Made by a program: the position numbers and the translations under genes. Of a stretch of DNA of 45,161 nt, positions 23,440-33,378 are shown in pieces. Each line of letters begins with the position of its first letter. Position 1 is the first letter of the stretch. The DNA lies in contig NC_068989.1 in the NCBI RefSeq assembly GCF_001194135.2, positions 67,471,839 to 67,516,999 of the forward strand. The letters are read 5' to 3'. Source of the DNA: Octopus bimaculoides. Taxonomy: Eukaryota. The notes below the pieces were generated by a model. It had not been told where the DNA came from and ran no database searches. It was given only the letters and a program-made list of their open reading frames with translations.

Positions 23440-24380
23440 AAAAGTGAGGTTGTGTGAGATTCGTTTTTCACAATCTCTATATTTGTTATGCCATACATAC
23501 TCATGAAAATATGATGTCAATAATCCATTACACGTCCCACTTTGTTGCCAAAATATCTTCTTGGTCAGCATCCATTGCCCTTCTGCAACCTGTGTGACAA
23601 TGCTGTCATTGTTTGGATCAATGAAATTGAGTGAATGGTCGATTAGTCGTCAGGTTTTAGTATGTGGGAATAGAACTGTTATTTCTGAAAATACTCAACA
23701 TATCATCAGAAGTAAGGGATCTTTTTTAAAACGGGGGCCACATTTTTCATTAATGTTTTACGTAGTGCTTTTGGTACCGAAAGACTTTCAAACTTCGTAT
23801 ACTTATCTATTTTGTGTTATAGAACAGAAAAATATTTTTGTATTCGAATTTATTTCATGTAAAAAATTGTCTGATTTCGATAATTTCAACCAATCACTGA
23901 CGTCCATTCAGCCGATATACATTAAGTGCCGACTACATAAACAAACGATTCTTCGTTTTATTTGCTTTTTTCATTTTAAATTTGCTTTAACCCTAACCCT
24001 AACCCTAACTCTAACCCTAGGGTTAGGGTTAGGGTTAATTGTTTCAGAATCGTTTGTTTATGTAGTCGGCACTTAATGTATATCGGCTGAATGGACGTCA
24101 GTGATTGGTTGAAATTACAGAAATACGACAACTTTAACATGGAATAATTTATGGATTTCTTTTTTTTTAAGAAGACTAAGAGAAAAAGATGTTTTATATG
24201 ACACATTCTACCAGTGATCCAAGTTTCAAAGTGTTTCGTTAATGAAAAATGTGGCCCCCGTTTTAAAAAAGATCCGAAGTAAGTATCTGGTGCCTGTGGA
24301 CACAACATATTGAAGGAATTCTTTATTCACTTTTTGAATCTATGGAATGTCACTGCCACCACTTTTTGCTTCTATTGCAA
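23440..24380 (-). pseudogene. Merlin (IS1595/ISXO2-like) transposase fossil interrupted by the MITE
   Basis: HSLNFIDPNNDSIVTQVAEGQWMLTKKIFWQQSGTCNGLLTSYFHEYVW matches the Merlin C-terminal pattern HS.NFVDP...TQ.IE..W...L.SY..EF.W. A GT.I.(T)SD motif is rebuilt across the MITE junction with a frameshift. Confidence 0.7.
23717..24275. mobile_element. Palindromic 559-bp MITE with perfect 37-bp TIRs, 8-bp TSD and central telomere-like repeats
   Basis: TIR ggatcttttttaaaacgggggccacatttttcattaa; TSD gaagtaag at 23709-23716 and 24276-24283; perfect inner 71-bp inverted repeat 23882-23952 / 24046-24116; (TAACCC)n then (GGGTTA)n at about 23988-24037. Confidence 0.92.
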
Positions 24381-26338
24381 TTTGCTTATACTTTTTAGAA
24401 CTCTAAATTGCATGTTAACCAAGTTACAGAGGACTGACTAAAAGAAAACACCATAAAAGTCTATATATTATATTCCACACGTAGGTTTAATATGAAATAC
24501 ACAATAAGGTTTCCATAAAAATGTACCATAAAAGATGCCACAGAAAAAACCCCATCAAAACAGAACGATTTTAAAGAATGAGTGAAAATATGAGCAAATA
24601 AAAATGCAAAATGAATTAAAATATAAAAATAACATGAATTAAAAAGTAAAAAATAGATTTATTTATTTAATTTTTTTTTTTTTTTACAAATCTCAAACAT
24701 AAATCAATGTTACATTATAATTTTCCCAATCTCTCATCCAGAAGGAAGTTCATTGTGATTTTGATTTGTGTATTTTATGCTGAATGGTTTTTGTCCTTCA
24801 GCATTCAGTTTATTCTGTCAAATGAAATGCTTGTTTATTCACATTGTTTTGAAATAACCATGCATTATCTCATAGTTTTGTCTTTTCAATATGATTTAAA
24901 AAAAAAAAAAAAAGAATGACATTGTGGCATAGGTGTGAGAAATTGGATCTGTTCCATTTGAATATATAAGTAGAATGGCTGGTTTAAATGTTAAAGGGTT
25001 AATACGGCAATATGACAGTAATTTAGAATCACCATCCATAAATATCAGTTAGTTCACTGTTATAAATAATCATTTGATTTTGCATTGGTTTTGTGTTAAG
25101 CAATGAGGTAAAATATTGAGTGCTGAATGTGTTTTTTTTTGTTGTTGTACGTTAAGTGCTAATGAATTGTAAGAAACAGTGAGATAACAGAAAAATATTC
25201 CTGTTAAGCTTTTTAATTGCTGCTTTCATTGAATTGGTAACCAACGAATGTTTTATAGATTCATTGCATAATATGTATGGTTATATCAACCAGTCATCGA
25301 TTATTCAAAACAGCTCTAAAGATGAGACTTGATTACATCATGTAAATTGTATATGGAACTTTTCACATTCCTTATATCTGTTATTGTTAGTCTGCCTTTC
25401 TACTTTATATATATATATAATATAAGATAAAATCTTTATAAGAATTTATCAAGTAGTCAGCGTGGAAAAAACCTCATAATGAAAAAAACTCATCGTTTTT
25501 TTTTCCCCATAAATATATATAATTTATATAAGGGCATTAACTATATAGTAATGCCTCACGCTTAGAGGGACTAAATAAGTCAAAAACTACCAAAAAATAA
25601 GCAACATATTTACCAAAAGCGAGGAAATGCAGCTTTCAAAATTAATCTCTTAAAAACATTTAACTTAACACTAAACCACTGGTTTCTCAATCAATACAGC
25701 AAAACTGTGAAGTAAGCTGCATCTTTTGTTCATCAGTACATAAATTACATATNNNNNNNNNNNNNNNNNNNNNNNNNNNNNNNNNNNNNNNNNNNNNNNN
25801 NNNNNNNNNNNNNNNNNNNNNNNNNNNNNNNNNNNNNNNNNNNNNNNNNNNNNNNNNNNNNNNNNNNNNNNNNNNNNNNNNNNNNNNNNNNNNNNNNNNN
25901 NNNNNNNNNNNNNNNNNNNNNNNNNNNNNNNNNNNNNNNNNNNNNNNNNNNNNNNNNNNNNNNNNNNNNNNNNNNNNNNNNNNNNNNNNNNNNNNNNNNN
26001 NNNNNNNNNNNNNNNNNNNNNNNNNNNNNNNNNNNNNNNNNNNNNNNNNNNNNNNNNNNNNNNNNNNNNNNNNNNNNNNNNNNNNNNNNNNNNNNNNNNN
26101 NNNNNNNNNNNNNNNNNNNNNNNNNNNNNNNNNNNNNNTACATACATACATTCGCCATGATAGATCGCTGACCACTACACACATTTTTTTTCTCTCCTTG
26201 TTTCTTTCCATGTTCCTTTCTGTAGAAGAGCATTGGCTCAAAACTTTAAAGACTTCCTCAATTCCCGAGAGTTATACTAATACATCTATTTGTTTTCGAC
26301 ACCACCTGTCTTCGTCTGTTGTTTTTTTGTGAATTCTC

Positions 26339-26371
<33 letters not shown>

Positions 26372-26372
<1 letters not shown>

Positions 26373-26725
26373 TGCAGGCATGGGTATATGGTTAAGAATT
26401 TCACATAGCAACCATGTGATTTCATGTTCAACCCCACTGCATAGCACTGGAGTAAGTGACTTGTATGATAATCTCAGACTGCCCAATGTCTTGTGAGTGA
26501 ATTTAATAGATGGTGTTTGTGTGGAAGCTTGTTGTGGATATGTGTGTGTGTTTGTCCACCTACCACTTACAACCACTGTTCATTTATTTATGTTCGCGTA
26601 ACTTAGCAGTCTTGCACAAGAGACCAACAGAATAAGTACAAAGTATCGATTTGTTCGAATAAACTGTTCAACGCAATGGTCAAGTATGGCCACATTCCAA
26701 TGGCTGAAACAAGTAAAAGAATATA
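26372..26725 (+). mobile_element. Third SINE family copy
   Basis: tggttaagaattt...caaccatgtg...gtaacttagcagt...aatggctgaaacaagtaaaaga. Confidence 0.65.
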
Positions 26726-26788
26726 CATGTATATTCTTTTTATATATATANNNNNNNNNNNNNNNNNNNNNNNNNNNNNNNNNNNNNN

Positions 26789-26970
26789 ATTTATATTCCT
26801 GCAGAACTAATGTGGGGTATAGAATATGGAATATACAATATATAATATGACATACAATATACAATATAAAATAAAATAAAATAAAAATGGATGGCACCAT
26901 ATTGTATATCATATTATATATTGTATATTCCATATTCTATACCCCACATTAGTTCTGCAGGAATATAAAT
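26789..26970. repeat. Perfect 62-bp inverted repeat with 58-nt spacer
   Basis: 26789-26850 is the exact reverse complement of 26909-26970; the left end abuts a gap. Confidence 0.9.
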
Positions 26971-27011
26971 AAAACATAAAAAACAGACAGTGTTGGAACT
27001 CTTTTAAGCAA

Positions 27012-27045
<34 letters not shown>

Positions 27046-27101
27046 CTTTCATAAGTGATCCCTGATGCTATGTTTTTTAATTTGTTTTTAAATATCATCT
27101 T

Positions 27102-27113
27102 TTTATTTTTATT
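27102..27113 (-). terminator. Tandem AATAAA polyadenylation signals of the membrane-protein gene
   Basis: tttatt at 27102-27107 and 27108-27113, about 80-90 nt after the stop codon. Confidence 0.55.
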
Positions 27114-27193
27114 TTGAGTGAAAAAATATATTCAGTATCATGCCTGAATGAATAAATATATAAATAAATAAAGGCGTCCATAATCCATTTTGT

Positions 27194-28324
27194 TCAAGAT
27201 GTTTTTGGGATACCGATTTCAGCACATTTTTGGTAAGATGGTAGTGTGTTAGGGTCATTTTCAGGGAAGAGGGTATCGTATGATGGTGGATTAGTTGAGC
27301 CAATGTACTCAATAACTGACAACGTGCTTGTATTATCTTCAATGTCTTCTAAATCTTCATCAGAATAGTTATTAAGTAACCGCTCTGTCATAGAAAAAAC
27401 CAATGACCCCAAAAAGCATGGTAGAACAAGAAAGAATATGATAAATATATAATTTCTAGTATTGTATTCTACTGTTAATGAAATAAACTCCCATTGTTTT
27501 GACAGAAATTGCAATAAAATATATTCGGATGATTGCATTTTCACTGGTATTTTAAAACAGTTGTTGTACTTTTTAATAGGAAAATTGCTTCCTTGAATTT
27601 TATACAATGTTCTTTTCAGGGAAATATCTGCCTTAATAAGTGATCCCTTTCCAATACTTCTGAAAACAATATAGTGCATATTAGCAGCTGGTTGTGACAA
27701 CTTGAATTTCATGCAAGTAGAACCGATAGTAAAACGCTGCAAACACCGACTGCATCCTTTCTCCGATTCCCATTTCTCAAAGTTTTCTTTGCTTGTAATT
27801 AAACCAATCTCTGATAGTCCTTCACTACACAATCTCATTGATAAAGAAGAATTTTGTTGTAAATTTATGGGCCATATTTTCTCATTTTCTTCCTTCAAGA
27901 TAAATCTAACTGTATAGTTGTGTTGGACTTGTGCTTTGTTAAGTTCAGGCTTCCTTGGTAAAACATAAGCTTTAATTTTGTTTCCTTTATAGCAAATTGA
28001 TAAACTGGAGCAAAAGAGAGGCAGAATTGTGTCTACAACAGAAATATCTGATGGTAAGAGAACCATAGATCTTTTCTGGAAAACATAGCATCGCAAATAA
28101 AGTCCACCAGACAGAGACAGTATAATTATCAAAATCCAAATAACATATTTTTGTGCATTTGAAGAAATTCTTTTTAGGGAAAATAGACATCTAAAAATTT
28201 TTCTGGAAAGTGTATGAAGACAGCAAGCATTCTGAAATCTGTATTCTGGATTGTCTTCCAAGGTGTTCATGCTTAAGTCTTCAGTAAAGGTTCTCTCATT
28301 GGATTGCGATTCATTCTCATTCAT
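27194..28324 (-). CDS. Two-TM membrane protein with an APD1-4-like (DUF4792/DUF4793) luminal domain, no RING, C-terminal PPSY and LPSY motifs; single coding exon, 376 aa from the ATG at 28324
   Basis: It is the only long gap-free ORF in the window (441 codons from a TTG). It has TM1 YVIWILIIILSLSGGLYL and TM2 YIFIIFFLVLPCFLGSLVFSM. Motifs YVLPRKPEL, KIWPINLQQNSSL, LITSKENFEKW, HYIVFRS, ISLKRTLY and EYNTRNYIF follow the order I recall for the plant APD1-4 middle domain. An acceptor (ttctattttaaacAG) lies 9 nt before the ATG of MNENESQ. The TGA stop is at 27194-27196. Confidence 0.8.
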   Translation of the reverse strand: MNENESQSNERTFTEDLSMNTLEDNPEYRFQNACCLHTLSRKIFRCLFSLKRISSNAQKYVIWILIIILSLSGGLYLRCYVFQKRSMVLLPSDISVVDTILPLFCSSLSICYKGNKIKAYVLPRKPELNKAQVQHNYTVRFILKEENEKIWPINLQQNSSLSMRLCSEGLSEIGLITSKENFEKWESEKGCSRCLQRFTIGSTCMKFKLSQPAANMHYIVFRSIGKGSLIKADISLKRTLYKIQGSNFPIKKYNNCFKIPVKMQSSEYILLQFLSKQWEFISLTVEYNTRNYIFIIFFLVLPCFLGSLVFSMTERLLNNYSDEDLEDIEDNTSTLSVIEYIGSTNPPSYDTLFPENDPNTLPSYQKCAEIGIPKTS

Positions 28325-28544
28325 GATGCTTTCCTGTTTAAAATAGAAATGACAAGAGGTTGTAATGTTCATAACATTAAATATTGGTTTCAAATTTTCG
28401 CACAAGACTAGCAATTTCAGAGGCGGGATTAAATTGATTATATCAACCCTGAAAGGACGAAAGGCAAAGTGAACCTTGATTGAATTAGAACTTGGAACAT
28501 AACTTACCTGCTCCTCCAAACTACGGATCTAGTGCCAAAATTTG

Positions 28545-29325
28545 AAATCAACATTTTTTTCTTTATTGCCCACAGGGGGCTAAATATAGAATGGACAAAC
28601 AAGGACAAACAAAAGGATTAAGTCGATCACATCAATCCCAGTGTGTAACTGGTACTTATTTAATCAACTCTGAAAGGATGAAAGGCAAAGTTGACCTCAG
28701 TGGATTTGAACTCAGAATGGACAAAATGCTGCCAAGCATTTTTCCTGGCATGCTAATGATTTTGCTAGCTTACCTTAATAGAAATAGTAATGTTAACATA
28801 ATGGTAGAGGGGCTCTGAAAGGGGTCTCAGGGAGTAGCGTCCCTGCCTTCCTGAGCTATTTTTCCACCACATTTCTTGAAAATCATGGTAGAGGCCTTGG
28901 TCTCAGGACCACTCATGTCTAGAAACTGAGTTTGGGGGTGAGCAAGGGCATGCTCCCCATAGAAAATCCAGCTCCAAAAAGGCTTCATGATAGCAAAGGA
29001 GAATGGGCACCAGCCAACCCAAAGGTTGGGGTGGGTTGATGTAATCAGCTTACCCACTCCTCCAAACTACTGATCTTGTGCCAAAATTTGAAATCAATAT
29101 TTATTTCTTTATTGCTTACAGGGGGCTAAACATAGAGGGGACAAACAAGGACAGACAAACGGATTAAGTCGATTATATCGACCCCAGTGCGTAACTGGTA
29201 CTTATTTAATCAACCCTGAAAAGATGAAAGGCAAAGTCAACCTTGGTGGATTTGAACTCAGAATGTAATGGCAGACAACTAAGCATTTCGCCTGGCGTGC
29301 TAATGATTCTGCCAGCTCGCCGCCC
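28545..29325 (-). mobile_element. Two tandem copies of the second SINE family just upstream of the coding exon
   Basis: About 28545-28775 and 29095-29325 align with each other and with 22415-22620. Confidence 0.75.
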
Positions 29326-29489
29326 TTTGAAATCAATATTAACATAAAAGTAATGTTTATATTATTTGCATAATGAACAAAATCTTTTTAGTGGGAGAGA
29401 GAGGGAAAGAAAGAGAGAGAGGGAAAGAAAGAGAGAGAGAGTGAAGGAATGGAGGGAAACAACCTGTAGACTCGGTCCTCCAGAGTGTT

Positions 29490-29851
29490 GTTGTTGTTGG
29501 CACTCCGTCGCTTATGACGTTGAGGGTTCCAGTTGATCCGATCAACGGAACAGCCTGCTCGTGAAATTAACATGCAAGTGGCTGAGCACTCCACAGACAC
29601 GTGTACCCTTAACGTAGTTCTTGGGGATATTCAGCGTGACACAGTGTGGCAAGGCTGACCCTTTGAATTACAGGCACAACAGAAACAGGAAGTAAGAGTG
29701 AGAGAAAGTTGTGGTGAAAGAGTACGGCAGGGTTCTCCATCATTCCCTGCCGGAGCCTCGTGTTTTCCCTCAATAAACACTCACGACGCCCGGTCTGGGA
29801 ATCGAAACCGCGAGTCTGCTGCCCTAACCACTGGGCCATTGCGCCTCCACA
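29490..29851 (-). mobile_element. tRNA(Arg)-like SINE
   Basis: Reverse complement of the same family; flanking duplication cctccagagtgtt at 29477-29489 and 29852-29864. Confidence 0.85.
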
Positions 29852-30249
29852 CCTCCAGAGTGTTACAACAGCACAAAACATAAATAAAGATAATGCCAAC
29901 CGGAGGAGCTAAAGTCAATTAAAGAAACTCTATATTCCTAACTTGCAGTCTATGGATCCCTGACAGTCTGTAAAAGTAGTGATAGAAATCCATCAGCTAA
30001 GTTGAAAATTGTGAGGGGGCCACCAGTGTCAAATGTATAATCTGTTGCTTGATTTAACACTCCCAGTTAGTGCCATGGGTGCCTTTAACAAGGTCCATTC
30101 TGATGCAAATGTTCAGGCTATGTCTCCAGTTTGAAGATACCTTCATCCCTCCCACTTTCCTACCAGTCTCAGGGTCCTGTAAAGAAGTCATAGGCACTGC
30201 ATTCCTCCTGACTGCAACAGAAAATAAAACGGTTTTTAATTTGCTGGAA

Positions 30250-30515
30250 GTGGCCTTCGTAGGATTTTCGAGCGAGATCGTTGCCAGTGCCCCTGGACTA
30301 GCTCTTGTGCGGGTGACACATAAAATACACCATTTTGAGCGTGGTCGTTGCCAGTACCGCCTGACTGGCCTTCATGCGGGTGACACATAAAAGCACCCAC
30401 TACACTCTCGGAGTGGTTGGCGTTAGGAAGGGCATCCAGCTGTAGAAACTCTGCCAAATCAGATTGAAGTCTGGTGTTGCCATCCGGTTTCACCAGTCCT
30501 CAGTCAAATCGTCCT
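30250..30515 (+). mobile_element. RTE-tail retroposon, truncated before the tail
   Basis: Same family; ends at caaatcgtcc. Confidence 0.8.
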
Positions 30516-31566
30516 TGATTGGTGCTTTATTCGGCAATTTCCGTGAAAATTTTTTTATTTCTGTCATTTTTTTCAGTTGAATTGTTTATGTATATGTATT
30601 TTTTTTGTGTCTGTATGTAGGTGTTTATGTGTGTATATGTATATGTATACACATACACAAAAACTACATACAAACATAAGCGATTCAACTGAAAAGAATT
30701 AAAGAAATAAAAAATATTTTATGGATTGCCCTTTATTTTATTGACCCAGTAAAAACAAAAGACAAAGTTGACCTCTGGGTTTTAAACTGAAAATGTAAAG
30801 AGGTGAAACAAATACTGAAAAACAGTTTTTCTGACACTCCAATGATTCTGCCTGATTGGTGCCTTCATAGGCAGTAATAATATTCTTTCTATCATAGGCA
30901 CAAGTCCTGAAATTTGTCTGTGGTGGTAGTGGTGGCTAGTTGATAAAAAATTGAATCTAGTACTCAACTGGTGCATATTTTGTTGATCGCAGAAGGAGGA
31001 AATGCAAAGGCGATCTTGGGCGGAATTTGAACTCAGAATGTAAAGAGCTGGGAGAAATGCTGCTAAGCAATTTTTCCGATGTGCTAATGACTCTGCCAGC
31101 TCGTTGCCTTATAACTAGTTATAATATAGGTTTCAAATTTTGGCAAGAGACCAGCAATTTCGGGGAGGGGGTGTTTAAACTGATTACATCGACCCCAGTG
31201 CTCAACTCGTACTTATTTAGAGACCCTGAACTGATGAAAAGGTGCAAAGTTGACCTGAATGACATTTGAACTCAGAACATAAAGTAGGAAGAAATGTCAC
31301 TAAGCATTTGCCTGGCAAAATGCTTAATGGCATTTCATCTGTCTTTACGTTTTGAGTTCAAATTCCACCGAGATTGACTTTACTTTACATCTCTTTGAGG
31401 TCAATTAAATAAGAACCACATTATTTACATTTGACGGATATTTGTCCCCATCTTGTTTGTTGTTAACACATTTTGGTTGATATACCCTCCAGCCTTCATC
31501 AGGTGTCTTGGGGAAATTTCGCCTGGGTTCTCATTCCTAAGATATTTTGCAATGTTATTATTAAGT

Positions 31567-32163
31567 ATCTAGAGAGAAAAGCTGAACATTAGAAGCATCA
31601 GTTGTGGTGTGCAAGAGAGACGATTGCGCTGGTATGGACATGTGGTGAGAATGGATGAGGATAGCTGCCTGAAAAAGTGCCACACCCTAACAGCTGAGGG
31701 AACCCGTGGAAGAGGTAGGCCCAGGAAGACCTGGGCTGAGGTGGTGAGGCAAGACCTTCGTACNNNNNNNNNNNNNNNNNNNNNNNNNNNNNNNNNNNNN
31801 NNNNNNNNNNNNNNNNNNNNNNNNNNNNNNNNNNNNNNNNNNNNNNNNNNNNNNNNNNNNNNNNNNNNNNNNNNNNNNNNNNNNNNNNNNNNNNNNNNNN
31901 NNNNNNNNNNNNNNNNNNNNNNNNNNNNNNNNNNNNNNNNNNNNNNNNNNNNNNNNNNNNNNNNNNNNNNNNNNNNNNNNNNNNNNNNNNNNNNNNNNNN
32001 NNNNNNNNNNNNNNNNNCACTCTCTGAGTGGTTGGCGTTAGGAAGGGCATCCAGCTGTAGAAACTCTGCCAAATTTAGATTGGAGCCTGGTGTTGCCATC
32101 CGGTTTCACCAGTCCTCAGTCAAATCGTCCAACCCATGCTAGCATAGAAAGCGGACGTTAAAC

Positions 32164-32191
<28 letters not shown>
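31567..32191 (+). mobile_element. RTE-clade LINE 3' fragment: ORF end, gap, then (GAT)n tail
   Basis: REKLNIRSISCGVQERRLRWYGHVVRMDEDSCLKKCHTLTAEGTRGRGRPRKTWAEVVRQDLR carries the RTE C-terminal RLRW.GHV.R and RGRPR..W motifs. Confidence 0.88.
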
Positions 32192-32194
<3 letters not shown>

Positions 32195-32404
32195 ATTATT
32201 CAGGTCACTGCCTCGAATTGAACTCGGAATCTTGGGGTTAGTAGCCTGCACTATTAACCACTACACCATATGGCGTAGTGGTTAAGAGCGCAGGCTACTA
32301 ACCCCAAGATTCCGAGTTCGATTCCAGGCAGTGACCTGAATAATAATAATAATAACATCGAAAAATATCTTAGGAATGAGAACCCAGGTTCGAAATTTCC
32401 CCAA

Positions 32405-32450
32405 GACACCTGAAGAAGGCTGGTGGATATATCAGCTGAAACAGTATGTT
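32405..32450 (+). ncRNA. Degenerate minimal type I hammerhead ribozyme motif
   Basis: gacac-CTGAAGA-a-ggctg...cagct-GAAAC-agt-atgtt. Related copies at 39306-39351 (+), 31465-31508 (-) and 38244-38293 (-). Every copy carries core or stem mutations. Confidence 0.55.
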
Positions 32451-32929
32451 AACAACAAACAAGATGAGGACAAATATCCGTCAAATGTAAATATGTACAT
32501 AATTCCTCATCTCTTAAATAAAGAACTGTATTAAATAAATAGCAGTTGAATATCAAGGTCACTGGCTCGGGAACGAAATTTGCAAACCCAGGCCTCAAAT
32601 TTTTTACAAATAAGGTCATGTTTTATTTATTCATTTATTTATGTTCTTTGAGAAGAAACCTAATTCAAGGTACTTTTTACAGATCACTTTTAACTCACTG
32701 TCTTCTAAACCTGAGAAAAGTATGTAGGGGTGTAAATTTTGATTTTGCACTCCACAAAAATTTTAGGGGGTGCAAGTGCACCCCCTGTTCCCGGCCCACG
32801 ACCAGGGTCAATGTAACTGACTTAACCTCTTCCCTTGAAATTGCTGGCATCGTGCCAAAATCTGGGCTTTTCCAATGCCTTAGCCTCACCATCACTTGCG
32901 GTAATGCTGCAAGCGTGCTGATCGGCTTC

Positions 32930-33378
32930 GGCAGGTTATGAGTATTTTTGCCAAATTTGTGGCGGTGTATTGAACAGATTTTCACCAAATTTGGCAAAAA
33001 TATTCATAACCCTAACCCTAACTCTAAAACCCGAACCCTAAAGCTAAAACCAGTACAAACGCACGAACGATGTCATAAATTACAGTACCACCGATAGTTG
33101 TTGTTGACAAACAACGGCACTAATTTTATTCAAGGGAAAAGATCCCATTACACCGCACAACGTTTTGTTGACAATCCATAGCAGTAACTGTTTTCACCTC
33201 AATAGACGTCAGTGATTGGTTGAAACTACCAAAATACGACAACTTTTAACATGAAATAACTTCGAATATAAAAATTTTTCTCTGTTCTATAAGACAAAAT
33301 ATACAAGTATACAAAGTTTGAAAGTGTTTTGGTAGAAAACACACTAAATAAAACATAAATAAAATATGGTGCCTGCCA
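32930..33378. mobile_element. Degenerate TAACCC-containing MITE of the same group
   Basis: Contains taaccctaaccctaactctaaaacccgaaccc and gacgtcagtgattggttgaaa, plus the reverse complement of the ttcaaacttcgtatac block. Confidence 0.65.

Larger units (their letters stand above)
31423..32530. mobile_element. Head-to-head inverted pair of the same PLE-type terminal repeat, centred on CATATG (32267-32272); left arm interrupted by an RTE LINE
   Basis: 32192-32269 mirrors 32270-32347, and 31423-31566 mirrors about 32350-32490. Homologous to the distal arms at 38-39 kb. Confidence 0.8.

Noticed and set aside
23988-24037. Telomere-fusion signature
   Set aside because: The order is (CCCTAA)n then (TTAGGG)n, the opposite of an end-to-end fusion, and it sits at the centre of a MITE with a TSD.
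23561-24076. 171-aa plus-strand ORF, and a GTAAGT donor duplicated by the MITE TSD
   Set aside because: The ORF runs through the palindromic MITE, and the flanks are better explained as a minus-strand Merlin transposase fossil.
28325-28519. 441-aa version of the protein starting MEEQVSY
   Set aside because: It starts at TTG inside SINE remnants, upstream of a good splice acceptor and ATG.
32765-32786. agggggtgca-ag-tgcaccccct hairpin
   Set aside because: It is a short palindrome typical of transposon subterminal sequence, with no supporting context.
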